From: Octopus bimaculoides | Taxonomy: Eukaryota | DNA length: 64,000 nucleotides | Direction of reading: 5' to 3' | Assembly: GCF_001194135.2 (NCBI RefSeq) | Contig: NC_068984.1 | Span: forward strand, 118,454,465-118,518,464 | Shown: positions 1 through 12,875 of the stretch, piece after piece | How the letters are laid out: each line of letters begins with the position of its first letter | Position numbering within the stretch: position 1 is the first letter of the stretch | The notes under the pieces: model-generated | Database searches by the model: none | Told to the model about the DNA's origin: nothing | The model's input: only the letters and a program-made list of their open reading frames with translations | Position numbers and translations under genes: made by a program

Positions 1-69
1 AGTTTATATGAGACTTAAATATAAACTACATACGATGTTTTGTAACTGTTGCTCTTATCGTTTTGTACT

Positions 70-450
70 AATGGAGCAGACGTGTGATCAACGACGTTCC
101 AGTCTTGACTATCCTGACTTTTTGTATATCAAGAACAAAGTTTTCCCCCAATACGCCCTTTCTTTTTATATATTGAAGAGTAAGATTTCAGGGAGATTTA
201 GCAGTTATTTCAAGCAGGTTGCGAGTAGAACCTACCTAGTTGGCTCGTTGTTGTTGTTGTTATTGGTTAACCTCAATCAAGCAGCCACGTGATCAAAACC
301 AATCCAGATGTGACTATTCCGTCTTTTTGTGGGATGAGGAAGAATACACGACTATTGTCAAATGCGTCAGCCCATTTTTTAAAGACAGTGGATGTGATTC
401 AAGGAAGATTCGGCTGCTGTCTTGACATATCAAACAACACCGTGAACTCC
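70..450 (+). repeat. Two adjacent diverged copies of an unclassified interspersed repeat
   Basis: Both carry GCAG…GTGATCAA…CCAG..TGACTAT.C…G.GATT…GG.AGATT..GC.G.T. Similar blocks at about 24765-24850 and 61760-61925. Confidence 0.45.
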
Positions 451-1269
451 CACATTAAGCCGTTGTTATTGTTGGGTGTTGATATTTAAAACAACCACGT
501 ACGTTAATTTAAAAAGTAAATAAATGATAATTTAGAATTAACGTTACATAATATTCATAATATCTCGTTTAAGAAACACTAAACATCTCCGTAATTAAAT
601 CTAAATTGGAAAATGTAATGAAATATTAAGTTAAGCTGAAAAGAAAGATATGTTTACATATTAGAAAACATGAGAGATATTTTAAAGAATATATTAAGAC
701 CGAGACAATAGTGACATATTATGACACTTCTAGGTCTAAGAAATTCATCTGTTTTATTTTTTGGGTCCTATACTTCAAAATGTTTATATATGCTGACATC
801 AAATGAAGACAGTCAAAGATTACCTGAAATTCTCACATATCCAAATAATGCGCGCAAGCCATAGTTCCGGTAGCAATAACGACAAATGTGGTATTTTTAA
901 AGGAAGATTATACAATAAAGGGGAATAATTACTACACTTTTGTTGTTTTTGTCTTAAGTTGTTCTTAATAATTCTTTCTATTATAGGCACAAGTCACGGA
1001 ATTTGGCGGGAGGAAGCCAGTTGATTACATCGACTTCGGTGCTCGACTGGTATTTATTTTATTGACTTATCGACCCCAAAAAAATGAAAAGCAAAGTCGA
1101 CCTCGGTGGAATTTGAATTCACAACGTAAAGCCAAGACAATAGTTTTGAGGGTATGCGGTTAGTCGACACTGTCTATCCAGTACTTGACAAGTATTTTAT
1201 TTTATCAACCCTAGAGGGATGAATGGCAGAATCTCAGAGCGTAACACATAACGTATTCTGTTCGACGTT

Positions 1270-1357
1270 CGGCGAAAGTAAAGAATACGTACACCCGTGT
1301 TAGGGTTAGGATTTTTGTTACGCCGAAAACGGGTGGTGTACGTATTCTTTACCTCCG
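1270..1357. mobile_element. Miniature foldback insertion inside a SINE remnant
   Basis: GTAAAGAATACGTACAC inverted repeat, flanked by TCGACGTTC / TTGACGTTC direct repeats. Confidence 0.5.
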
Positions 1358-1502
1358 ATTGACGTTCTATCAATTCGACCAGTTTACGCCCTTTTGGACC
1401 TAAATACGATATAGTGTTAAGTTTCGTTCACCTGCCATCTAAATCAAATCCTACGGGAGTCGACTTTCGCCTTTCGTCCCTTGGGCACTAAGGGGTGGTG
1501 AG

Positions 1503-1854
1503 CAGGAGCGAATTTATGTATGGTCCCATATGCCCATAGCCCAGCCCAGCACCCTTGCTTGAATGGGTTGGTCAAGCATTGGAGGCCCTTTTAAATCAGA
1601 GAAGCCTAAAGCTTGAAATTAGAAATTTTAAAATGTATACACAGCAATCAAATAAATAATTTGTAATTTTTTTTTTTTTTTAATGGTTAAAATTTTTTAA
1701 AATCTAATTGAGCCCTAACTGGACTCATTAGGCCTAAAGTCCTAGAATTAATGGGGTCAGATTTATTATATTATTATGGTTTGAATTAGCAAAATCATAA
1801 GGGCCCTCCAAACCCTTTGGCCCATGGTCCCAACTAGGTCTAAATCTGGCACTG
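1503..1854. mobile_element. Possible hAT-like MITE
   Basis: Imperfect ends CAGGAGCGAATTTA / TAAATCTGGCACTG with subterminal GGCCC-rich motifs; no clean TSD. Confidence 0.35.
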
Positions 1855-2560
1855 GGTGTAGGTTAATGAAGTGTACACCAGATGTATATTGGACTGATTC
1901 AGCCTGTAACACCTGTCGCTAAATGTAACCGTGACCTTGAATCAATATAAGATAAATTAATATATACCAGCTGGTCCCATACTGTCAAAAATTGACGGCT
2001 AATTGTAGTATTTTATATATATATAATAATCACAGATACAAACATTCACATACTTCCTTTGTACATCCACACACATACACACGTATACTCACACAGAGTT
2101 GAAACGCTGTTTGAGTTTTCTTTTCAGCATTGACTGTTCACCATCCCACTTCTATTACACACACACACACACGCATTCACACGACTCCCTTTTACATACA
2201 CACACATATACTCACGCAGAGTTTGATTTTTTTTTTTTCGCCTTAGAACTTCTATCATCCCACTACCAAGTTTGCCATCACCCCTTCCTTTCTCATTCGT
2301 ATGTTGTGATGGAGACAAACACAAGAGTACTATTACAGTAGATATTTAGATAAGAATTATTATACACCACCTCTCCTAAAATTTCCATTTGTTCCTTTAA
2401 TGTCATTAAAAATAATATTTGGATTCTCATATGCAATATTACTAGCAATAGTCAGGGTGAGTTGATTGAATCATTAGCATGTCAAACAAAATGCTTAGCA
2501 GTATAACATTTGATCATTTGTTTTCTTTATTCAAAATTCGGACAGAACTTATGGAATGAC

Positions 2561-2597
<37 letters not shown>

Positions 2598-2832
2598 GGA
2601 TTAGCATGAGTTGCTTCTCCAACATACTGAAAATTTAGAAATAGCAGTCAAAGAATAGATTCTTTGGAGTGAAATGTTTGAACGTACTAGCCGATAAATT
2701 TTGTAAGTGCCTTCCTCATGTGTTGTTTTTGATGTCGCATGGTCAAAATTCCCATGAGTTGTATAGACATTTTCAAATTTATTCGAATATTGGGCTGAAG
2801 ATCGGAATAGAGTACCTTCATACTCTTAACCG

Positions 2833-3610
2833 NNNNNNNNNNNNNNNNNNNNNNNNNNNNNNNNNNNNNNNNNNNNNNNNNNNNNNNNNNNNNNNNNNNN
2901 NNNNNNNNNNNNNNNNNNNNNNNNNNNNNNNNNNNNNNNNNNNNNNNNNNNNNNNNNNNNNNNNNNNNNNNNNNNNNNNNNNNNNNNNNNNNNNNNNNNN
3001 NNNNNNNNNNNNNNNNNNNNNNNNNNNNNNNNNNNNNNNNNNNNNNNNNNNNNNNNNNNNNNNNNNNNNNNNNNNNNNNNNNNNNNNNNNNNNNNNNNNN
3101 NNNNNNNNNNNNNNNNNNNNNNNNNNNNNNNNNNNNNNNNNNNNNNNNNNNNNNNNNNNNNNNNNNNNNNNNNNNNNNNNNNNNNNNNNNNNNNNNNNNN
3201 NNNNNNNNNNNNNNNNNNNNNNNNNNNNNNNNNNNNNNNNNNNNNNNNNNNNNNNNNNNNNNNNNNNNNNNNNNNNNNNNNNNNNNNNNNNNNNNNNNNN
3301 NNNNNNNNNNNNNNNNNNNNNNNNNNNNNNNNNNNNNNNNNNNNNNNNNNNNNNNNNNNNNNNNNNNNNNNNNNNNNNNNNNNNNNNNNNNNNNNNNNNN
3401 NNNNNNNNNNNNNNNNNNNNNNNNNNNNNNNNNNNNNNNNNNNNNNNNNNNNNNNNNNNNNNNNNNNNNNNNNNNNNNNNNNNNNNNNNNNNNNNNNNNN
3501 NNNNNNNNNNNNNNNNNNNNNNNNNNNNNNNNNNNNNNNNNNNNNNNNNNNNNNNNNNNNNNNNNNNNNNNNNNNNNNNNNNNNNNNNNNNNNNNNNNNN
3601 NNNNNNNNNN
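2833..3610. other. Assembly gap (778 N); other gaps at 11108-11353, 18836-18883, 47587-47607 and 62653-62662
   Basis: Runs of N. Confidence 1.
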
Positions 3611-3612
3611 TG

Positions 3613-3779
3613 GCAACCTTATCAATAGTCTTGACTGTCCCATTTGACTATTGATAAGGTTGCAAGATGCAACGAAAATTTTAGGAAAATAAAAATAAGA
3701 AATAAGTGGAAATTTTACCAGTGAGTGTGTTAAATTTTAAGTCACAATAAGAAAATGACTCTCCCCAGACACAACGGTA
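3613..3779. mobile_element. Centre plus right arm of the same palindromic MITE family
   Basis: Perfect 18-bp inverted repeat GCAACCTTATCAATAGTC (3613-3630 / 3646-3663) with a 15-nt loop, continuing to …CTCCCCAGACACAACGG|TA. Starts at a gap edge. Confidence 0.6.
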
Positions 3780-5148
3780 TATATATATGAATATACATAT
3801 ATATAAAATGATAGATAAATAGACAGACAGATAGATATTTGTATGTATCTATGTCTATATATATGCATGTGTGTGTGAGAGAGAAAGAGAGAGAACAAAA
3901 AGTATTTACTTATAATATATATATATTGTTGTCATTCTGTCTCCTTCTCTTACTCTAATAATGCCTACTGCATATCCTGAACATTTGTTCATGCGCCTGA
4001 TACTCATATATGCACATTTCCTTCTTCTATAAATAAAACCAGTGAATCTTCATCAGCCAGTTTAGCTGATCAGGTATTTCAAACACTTCTCTACGGTTGG
4101 CAGATGTGTTTTGAAACAGCTTGAACCAGCAGAAGATCTATGCCATCAAATTTGATACCTCTTCAATTATCTACCAACTGGCTATCAATAAAACCTTTGA
4201 CAGTTCTTAATGACTCTTGCAGTGTATGTGATATCATCAACTGATAATGCTACTTCACATTCCAAAACTAATAATTAGCGCAGCCTTAATTCAATTCTAA
4301 CTTTTCAATTGCTGTTTATTCTTTTAATTAAATACTTTGTTCTTCTCTCTTTCCAGCACCAATTCTATTATTCTCAGACACTCATATAATGGAAGCAGCT
4401 GTGTATCTCCTCTACAGCATAAAACCTCTTCCATACATCTTCCTTCGAACTCTTTACTCACATCTCATAGCATAAAGCTGCCTCCCTCTTGACTGTAGTT
4501 GAACTCATTTGAAGGGGATTTAGTCTTGCAAGCTACATGGTAACCTCACTGGTGTTGATGCCCTAAAAAATGTGCCCAGTACACTCTGTAAAGTGTTTTG
4601 GCATTAGACATTTAATCGTAGAAACCATACCAAAGCAGACGCTGGAGCATAACATAGTCCTTTGATTTTATTATATCCTGTCAAACCATCCAATTAATAC
4701 CAGCATGAAACATGAACAGAGATAGTTTATGAATTTTAAAATTGAAGAAAAATTCTTTTTATATATAGTCTCATGAATTCCTGTGTGAAGAATACAGATT
4801 TGCAAAAATTTACAGAAAATTCCAAACAATGAAAAAGTTATGTGGGGTTATATGCTGTGCATAAAGCAGAATTATGCCCTTTACATATATTGCTGTTGGA
4901 AAATTTTCCTGCTTTGTTTTAATTTTCTAATGAATATTTGTATTAACATTAACTCTCTGCCACATATTAATCAAAATGATCATTTCACTATAGCTATTGT
5001 TTTCATTCTGCACCATATTTTATTAATTTTTTTTTTTTTTCTGTTTTGGTTTGTTGAATCCAAACTACAAGTGATATTTCACAATTGGAATTCCATCATT
5101 CATCAACTATTTGCAGTATTTTATATTTATGATATGCAATAAATTTTA

Positions 5149-5150
<2 letters not shown>

Positions 5151-5229
<79 letters not shown>
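5151..5229. repeat. (ATT)n microsatellite
   Basis: Directly visible. Confidence 0.95.
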
Positions 5230-5531
5230 CATCAATAATATTAAAACGCTAACTTTTTGTTTTTGTACTTACCTGTTGTGTGCGTCACACTTACTTCAAA
5301 GAAGTGGCAAAGCGAGAGAGAGGAGGACACAGAAGAAGTAAGACAGAAAGAAAGAGAGAGAGAGTGAAAAAGACAGTGAGTTGTGACAGCATTCGTGTTG
5401 TGTTTTTAAATGTTTCAGAGATGATGTAAGAGAGAAAGAAAGAGTGAGAGAGAGAGAAAAAGTGAGAGTGAAAGAGACAGTGAGTGGTGACGGCGTTCAT
5501 TGCAAGAGCAGTAGATACATAGATACATATA

Positions 5532-5792
5532 AAATAAATAAAAATGCGCCCTTTTAAAGCCTAGCCAGGCTCATGGGCCCGGTTTACCGGTTTCAATGGC
5601 GTATGTGTTCCCCAGCTGGACAGGACGCCAATCCATCGCAGTGTTACTCATTTTTACCAGCTGAGTGGACTGGAGCAACGTGAAATGAAGTGCTTTGCTC
5701 AAGAACACAACGCGTCGCCCAGTTCAGGAATTGAAACCACATTCTTACGATCATGATGCTGACACCCTAACCACTAAGCCACACGCCTCCAC
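5532..5792 (-). mobile_element. tRNA-headed SINE (head type P, tail X) with 14-bp TSD
   Basis: rc begins GGTGGAGGCGTGTGGCTTAGTGGTTAGG…GTTTCAATTCC (A/B boxes) and ends in an (ATTT)-type tail. TSD CATAGATACATATA at 5518-5531 and 5793-5806. Confidence 0.85.
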
Positions 5793-6852
5793 CATAGATA
5801 CATATACACATTGTTAAATCAAAAGTGAGAGAGAAGAGCGACACAAAGGAAGAGAAAGTGAGAGAGACAGTAGATACATAAATCCAAAGCAAAGTTCATA
5901 TGTAGATACATACACACAGCAAATATTGGATATCAGTTTCACTTTCATTATCACACAACGACAAAATTAACTCACAAGTGGCTGAGTACTCCACAGACAT
6001 GCATAACATTAACCTAGTTCTCAGGGAGATTCAGCCTCACACAGAATATGACAAGGCTGGCCCCTTTGAATTACAGCTACAACTCAAGACATATGTATAT
6101 GAATGTATTTGTGTGTGTATAGTTTAGGTTACTTAAAACATGTTTGCAATAATAAGTGTCGCGTTGTGGAAATAAATGCAATTACCAAACTTTCATTCAT
6201 AAATCCATTTATTATTTTGTTCTTTTGCATTTCAATTTGTACATTAAGGTTCTTTGAATATGTACAATGTATTTTAAGGTTAAATAGTAATTCTGTTTAC
6301 GTTTGTGTAACTGAGAATTTTTGGTTGGCTTATATAGTCATTGGTGTTACATTACTTTCTATATTCTGTAACTGTCGCAATATACAAGGCCTGAATTTTT
6401 TGTGGGGAGTAGGCCAGTTGATTAGATCGACCCCAGTACACAGCTGATACTTAATTTATCGACCTTGAAAGGACAAAAGGTAAAGTTGATCTCAGCAGAA
6501 TCTGAACTCAGAACATAATGACAAACGGTCATAATATACAAACATTTCTCATGACACCAGTACATTGTTTACAGATGCTTACATTTTTTATGTTTTCTGT
6601 GAATTTTTCACAAGTCCAGCTATTTATTATTATTACTTTTATTATTTGATTTATTTTTCTTTGTCATGAGGATTGCAAAAAAATGTATTGCAGAATGGAA
6701 TTAGTTTGCATAAAATGTGCTGAAACAATGACAAAGGAAATTTTTTAGCAGTGAACAAGTGTAACATGTATTTCTTGACTTGAAGATAGGTTTTGACAGT
6801 GTTTCATGGTCTATAAGTCCAGTGAAAACTAAAAAGTGCTAAGAATTGTTGA

Positions 6853-7064
6853 ATCATCATCATCATCGTTTAACGTCCGCTTTCCATGCTAGCATGGGTT
6901 GGACGATTTGACTGAGGACTAGTGAACCAGGTGGTTACACCAGGCTCCAATCTGATCTGGCAGAGTTTCTACAGCTGGATGCCCTTCCTAACACCAACCA
7001 CTCAGAGAGTGTAGTGGGTGCTTTTACGTGCCACCGGCACGAAGGCCAGTCAGGCGGTACTGGC
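6853..7064 (-). mobile_element. SINE tail C module, 5' truncated
   Basis: Reverse complement of the 33616 and 60912 3' ends, starting with (ATC)n. Confidence 0.8.
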
Positions 7065-7311
7065 TGGTTCAAACTAAATAAAAGTTGTATTGGCAAAAAA
7101 TTAATTGTGGAATCTATGATATAGGTAGATGTTCACCAAAGATTTGTCCTTGAAATTCCATCATCTCTTCACTGCAGTTTTTATTAGATTCAAAGATATC
7201 ATGCTTCTTGAAATTTGTCAGTGCTACCTCTCATGTGACTATAAACCATTTCCTCTCTATGGCTCTTTTAATGGTCCCTTTTTAAAAATCTTTTTGTGTT
7301 TTGTCCTGAAT

Positions 7312-7616
7312 GAAGGCGCATGACTTAGTGGTTAGGGTATTCAGCTCACAATTGTAAGGTCATGAGTTCAATTCCCAGTGATATGTTGTGTCCTTGAGCA
7401 AGACACTTTATTTCATGTTACTCCAATCCACTCAGCTGGCAAAAATGAGTAGTACCTGTATTTCACACTTTGTGTTACCCTGAATCTCACCAAGAACTAA
7501 GTTAAAGGTATGCATGTCTGTGGAGCTGCTCAGCCATTTGCATATTAATTTCACAAGCAAGCTTTTCCATTGATCAGATCAACTGGAGTCCTTGTCATTG
7601 TAACCAATTCAGTGCC
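7312..7616 (+). mobile_element. tRNA-headed SINE (head P, tail Y)
   Basis: A/B boxes, GTTGTGTCCTTGAGCAAGACAC central block as in 5532-5792, and a 3' part as in 8970 and 16486. Confidence 0.75.
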
Positions 7617-8969
7617 TGAGTACAACTCATACACTTTTGGTTATCATTGTTGTCTTTCTTCATTTGACTCATTTTGCTTTCTGCCTCTTCTTTTACTTTT
7701 TCCTGATAAGTTGTTGTACATTTCTCATTTCTTTTACTTGTTTCAGTCATTAGACTGTGGCCATGCTGGGGCATCACATTAAAGAATTTTTTGTTGAATG
7801 AATCAGCCTCAGTACTTATTTATTTCCTTTATTAAGCCTGGTATCAGCCTTTTTGTTGGTACACTCCTTTTTGGGTACCCCCCCCCCAATCTATGCTAAG
7901 TTATGGGGATGTAAACACACCAACACCAGTTGTCATGAGGTGATGGTGAACAAAGACACATCGATATGTATGTATATATATATATATACATCTGTTTGTT
8001 GTCTACACCACCTATCTTCATCTTTTGTTTTTTTGTGAATTCTCCGTATATGTGTGTGTGTGTGGCTGATGCCAGTGTTGCATAACTAGCCCATTTAAAG
8101 GTACCCTTCAATTGTCAGGCAATATGCTGTGCTTGAGAAAACCTGTTGAGTCATGTGAAATTGGTGTTGTGGTTAACGTCAGTGCTGCCCGACTGGTACC
8201 CGTACTTGTGGCAAGTAAAAAGCACCGTTTGAGTATGGCTGATACCAGTGCCAATGGCACGTAAAAAGCACGCACTACACTCTCAGAGTGGTTGGCATTA
8301 GGAAGGGCATCCAGCTATAGAAACCTTGGTGCAGCCTCCTGGCTTTCTAGCCTTCATTCAAACCGTTCAACCCATACCAGCATGGAAAGCGGGCGTTAAA
8401 TGACGATGGTGATGATACACACACACACAATGAGCTTTCAGTTTCTGTCTACCAAATCTATTAGTAAGACTTTGGTTGCCCCAAGGCTATAGTAGAAGGC
8501 ACTTGCCCAAGATGTTATGAAGTAGGACTGAACCCAGAATCATGTGGTTGGGAAACTTGCTTCCCAAGTTTCTTACCACACAGCCACGTCTGCACCTTGA
8601 TTACTTTATATAATGTACTTACTGGCAGAATCACTACAATGTCAAAAAGAATGCTTTACAATATAACATTTGTCCTGGTTTTTAAAATTCGGAGTTCAAA
8701 GCCCTCTGAGGTCAAGTACTGGAGTCAGTGGTATCAACGTCTCTCAAAACTGCTGGCCTTATGTCTAAATTAGATATAACCATTATTAGTGTCATTGTTC
8801 TTGGTATTGTTGCTGTAATTGTTAGAACACTGAAGTTGAAATTTAGATATCTAATTCAGAATCATTTGAAGAACTGCTGAAAAGTTTCATACCTGGAAAA
8901 AAATGGTTAAAATGGTCATGGCTAAAATGCATTTGATCATATGTCTAATTAGTTAACACTAACCTGGGG

Positions 8970-9355
8970 CTAATGTTGTTGGCACTCTGTCGCTTACGAC
9001 GTTGAGGGTCTCAGTTGATCCGATCAACGGAACAGCCTGCTCGTGAAATTAATGTGCAAGTGGCTGAGCACTCCACAGACACGTGTACCCTTAACGTAGT
9101 TCTCGGGGATATTCAGCATGACACAGTGTGACAAGGCTGACTCTTTGAATTACAGGCACAACAGAAACAGGGAGTAAGAGTGAGAGGAAGTTGTGGTGGA
9201 AGAGTACAGCAGGGTTCACCACCATCCCCTGCCGGAGCCTCGTGGAGCTTTAGGTGTTTTCGTTCAATAAACACTCACAACGCCCGGTCTGGGAATCGAA
9301 ACCGCGATCCTATGACCGCAAGTCCGCTGCCCTAACCACTGGGCCATTGCGCCTC
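8970..9355 (-). mobile_element. Young tRNA-headed SINE (head Q, tail Y) with 13-bp TSD
   Basis: rc head GTGGAGGCGCAATGGCCCAGTGGTTAGGG…GTTTCGATTCC. TSD CACTAACCTGGGG at 8957-8969 and 9356-9368. Nearly identical to 16486-16867. Confidence 0.9.
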
Positions 9356-9832
9356 CACTAACCTGGGGTTTATAACAACAATAGAAATAGAATTTGTCTC
9401 TTTGAGTAAAGAGGTGACTGTTTGAAAAGCTGTGTAAAAAGAACCCCTTCATTCATGAATGACCATAGAATTGAAACTAAAATGCTACCCTTTGAGGCAC
9501 AAGTCCAGGCCAACATATTTCCACTGAATGGTTTGCAACTCCTCTTCATAAAATAACCCATTCTTCGCCCTTGAATTAACTAGAATCAAAGAGAAAGAAA
9601 AAAAATAGTGTTTAGTTATGCCCCTTTACTCTATTAAGTTTAAATCTTACTGTCAATTTTATTTTCCATCCTTCTACGATCGATGAAATAAAGTAACAGT
9701 CAAGTATCTAGATCAGATTAATTCCCACACTAAAAAAATTTTGATTCTGTCCTTTGTTAGAAATTATAATTATTAATTTCGTTTTTGGATTTGGTTTGCA
9801 AAATTTTTTATGTGATTTCGTGTATTGAAGCA

Positions 9833-9995
9833 TATTCTGTTGTGTCTGGGGATAGTCATTTTTTTATTGTGCCTCGAAATTTAACACACTCACCGTTAAA
9901 ATTTCTTATTTTTATTTTCCTAAACTTTTCGTTGCGCCTTGCAACCTTATCAATAGTCTCAAGAGAAAATGACTCTCCCCAGACACAACAGAATA
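9833..9995. mobile_element. TIR-bounded MITE, partly deleted copy of a palindromic family
   Basis: TATTCTGTTGTGTCTGGGGA.AGTCATTTT at both ends in inverted orientation; the interior is the reverse complement of 3646-3777. Confidence 0.65.
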
Positions 9996-11783
9996 ATTAT
10001 TAATATTATTTAGTTTATTAAATAAATATATTTTAAAGAGTTACCTCCCTTAAGACACTGAACTTCGCAAGATTTCGTTAAGCTTTTGGTTTTTACCCCT
10101 GAATGCTATTTGAATCCCACTGATTGCATTATATTTTTTTATATTTAATACTCTAATTCTTTACGTTCTGAGTTCAAATCTCGCCGAGGTCAGTTTTGCT
10201 TTTCACCCTTTCGGGGTTGATAAAATAAAATATCTCGAGTACTGGATATTGATAGTATCAACTTGCCTCTTAAAATTGCCAAGAATCATTGATAGATATT
10301 TAATGGATTCTGATATTTAGTTAAGTCCCTTAAATTTTTGAGTTGAATTTCTGCCAGTATCAACTTTGACATTCACCATTCGAGTGGAGATGGGTACGAG
10401 CTGGCAGAATCCGGAAAAATACTTATCAGTCCGCCGGACAATAAGCATTACGTTCGGTGTGTAGCAGGAATGCTTAGCATTTGAACTCGGACCGCGATAT
10501 CCTATGTAAAAATAAACTACTCAAGGATACGGTCGCGATTCGCTAGAATACTAACTACGTCATTAAAAAAATTTGACCAACCAAGACTTCACGTGGAACC
10601 GGCTCTGGTAACAGAGCTTAAACCCCCATCGACCATCACCTTTGTTTTCTTTTTCCTTGTTATTAAATTGCGATTCAATAAAATTCTAGTTAAAAATAAA
10701 AAACTTCTGAGCAAAAAAAAATAATAATAAATAACTACACAATTTAGCTATAGACAAAGACGGAGAACAGGAGACATCAGATCAGACACAGAAGACAACT
10801 GCTTGACCAAAGTGCTGTGACAACACAAAAAACAATATACAGACGGCGACAGCAACACAATGGTCAGTTAACACCAGTTCAAGAAAAATAATCTTCGAAC
10901 TCGATGTTTTGCCGTTCGTCGTACCGACATTTTTTTTTTTTTTTGTTTACGATAGGAATAAACATTTTTTTTTTTAATCAAAAATCTCAAATACATTTCA
11001 GTGTTCTTTATCGTAACAGACGGTACGTTCTGAGTTCAAATTACACCGAGGTCAACTTTGTTTTTCATCTTTTCGGGGTCGATAAAATAAGTATCAGTTG
11101 ATCTCTGNNNNNNNNNNNNNNNNNNNNNNNNNNNNNNNNNNNNNNNNNNNNNNNNNNNNNNNNNNNNNNNNNNNNNNNNNNNNNNNNNNNNNNNNNNNNN
11201 NNNNNNNNNNNNNNNNNNNNNNNNNNNNNNNNNNNNNNNNNNNNNNNNNNNNNNNNNNNNNNNNNNNNNNNNNNNNNNNNNNNNNNNNNNNNNNNNNNNN
11301 NNNNNNNNNNNNNNNNNNNNNNNNNNNNNNNNNNNNNNNNNNNNNNNNNNNNNGGATTCTGACGTCAGATATCGCAACCCTTCATTAGAATGAGCAGAAA
11401 ACAATTAGAGCCCTCGCGATTGCCCTATTTCCTTCCCAACTACAACCCCGTCTCCACCTCCTAACAAGAGCATCCTTTTTCCCAATAAGGTTAATTTTCT
11501 GCCTAACTAGAACGCCCCTTCACCCGCGCACAGACATTTGTGTCATTAACTTCATAATTGTTTCAATTTTTGGCACAAGGCTTTTAATTATAGAAGAGGA
11601 CAGTCGTTGTAATCAACTTCTAGTTCTTGACCCGCACTTATTTTACCGAGCTCGAAAGGATAAAAGGTAGAGTCGACTTCAACGGAATTTGAACCAGAAA
11701 CGTAAATAGCTGAAACAACAGCATTTTGACCTACGTGCTTTTGATTCTGCCGGGTTTATCGTCTTGACTAACTTCATAATATA

Positions 11784-11984
11784 CAGGGTGTCCACAAAGT
11801 CTGGATACACGAGGATTAATACATACTTTAAGACATTATTATTTCTTATATTTAATTGTTTACGTTACGATTTTATTTACAGTCTGGGTACATGGGGATT
11901 AACACATACTTTAAGAAATTATTATTTCTTATATTTAATTGTTTATGTTACGATTTTATTTACTCCATGTACCCAGACACCCTG
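11784..11984. mobile_element. Tc1-like MITE (201 bp) with an internal 83-bp tandem duplication
   Basis: TA|CAGGGTGTC…GACACCCTG|TA; near-identical units at 11798-11880 and 11881-11963. Confidence 0.8.
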
Positions 11985-12875
11985 TATAATAACTACATTA
12001 TTAATGTTTTGAAAAACGTTATTCATATCTTCTTAATCTTCTTAATTTTTTAAGACTACGTCGTTAATTTGTTCTATTGAAATAAATTAACAGACAAGGC
12101 AGAAATGTCTTGACAAAGATATCTAATTCAGAATTAATCTGGGTCATATCAGTTTGGGTATAAATATTCAGCAAGACTGAACAAAGAGGTAAGAGTTTGT
12201 GATGTTCATGTCTTCAATAAGTATCAGTCGAGTAATGCATCTAGTTAATAGACTCTTCTTTCGTCTAAAATATGTGGTCTTGTTCTATTTAACGTTTCAT
12301 TATTATTTAGTTTGTTTTAGCACGCTGGACAAAATGCTTAGCGGCATTTCGTCCGTCTGTACGTTCTGAGTTGAAATTCCGCCGAGGTCGACTTTGCTTT
12401 TCATTGTTTCAGGGTCGATGAAAAAAGTACCAGTGGGGTACTGGGGTTGATGTAATCGATTATACCCTTCTCCCCAAAAATTTCAGGCCTTGTACCTTTA
12501 GTAGTAAGGATTATTATTTAGTTTATTGAAAATAAATATCAGGAAGAGTTATCTCCCATAGACGCTAGCCTACGAAAATATAGACAAATACATGTTAAAT
12601 ACCATACAACCAAGAATCGAGAATTCTTCAAAAATTTATATGGTATTAAGAAAAAGGATAGGTTTATTGACTAGAGAAAAGAAGACAATCGAGACAAGTG
12701 TTTCTGGCTTAATAGCCACCATCACCTTATCAAAAGATTTAGATTTATACAAAGAACGAATAACAAAACATTCATGGCCTTGGTAATTTGCCTAATTTAA
12801 ACAATAATGAACTAAATGAAATGACTTTAATTTGCTAGTGGCATGTATTTGAATAACATAGACAAATATGAACCA

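Noticed and set aside
1300-1310. TTAGGGTTAGG as an interstitial telomere
   Set aside because: Under two units, and inside a small foldback element.
2669-3643. Long 318-319-aa ORFs (also 11036-11404, 11098-11388)
   Set aside because: They are open only because they run through N gaps.
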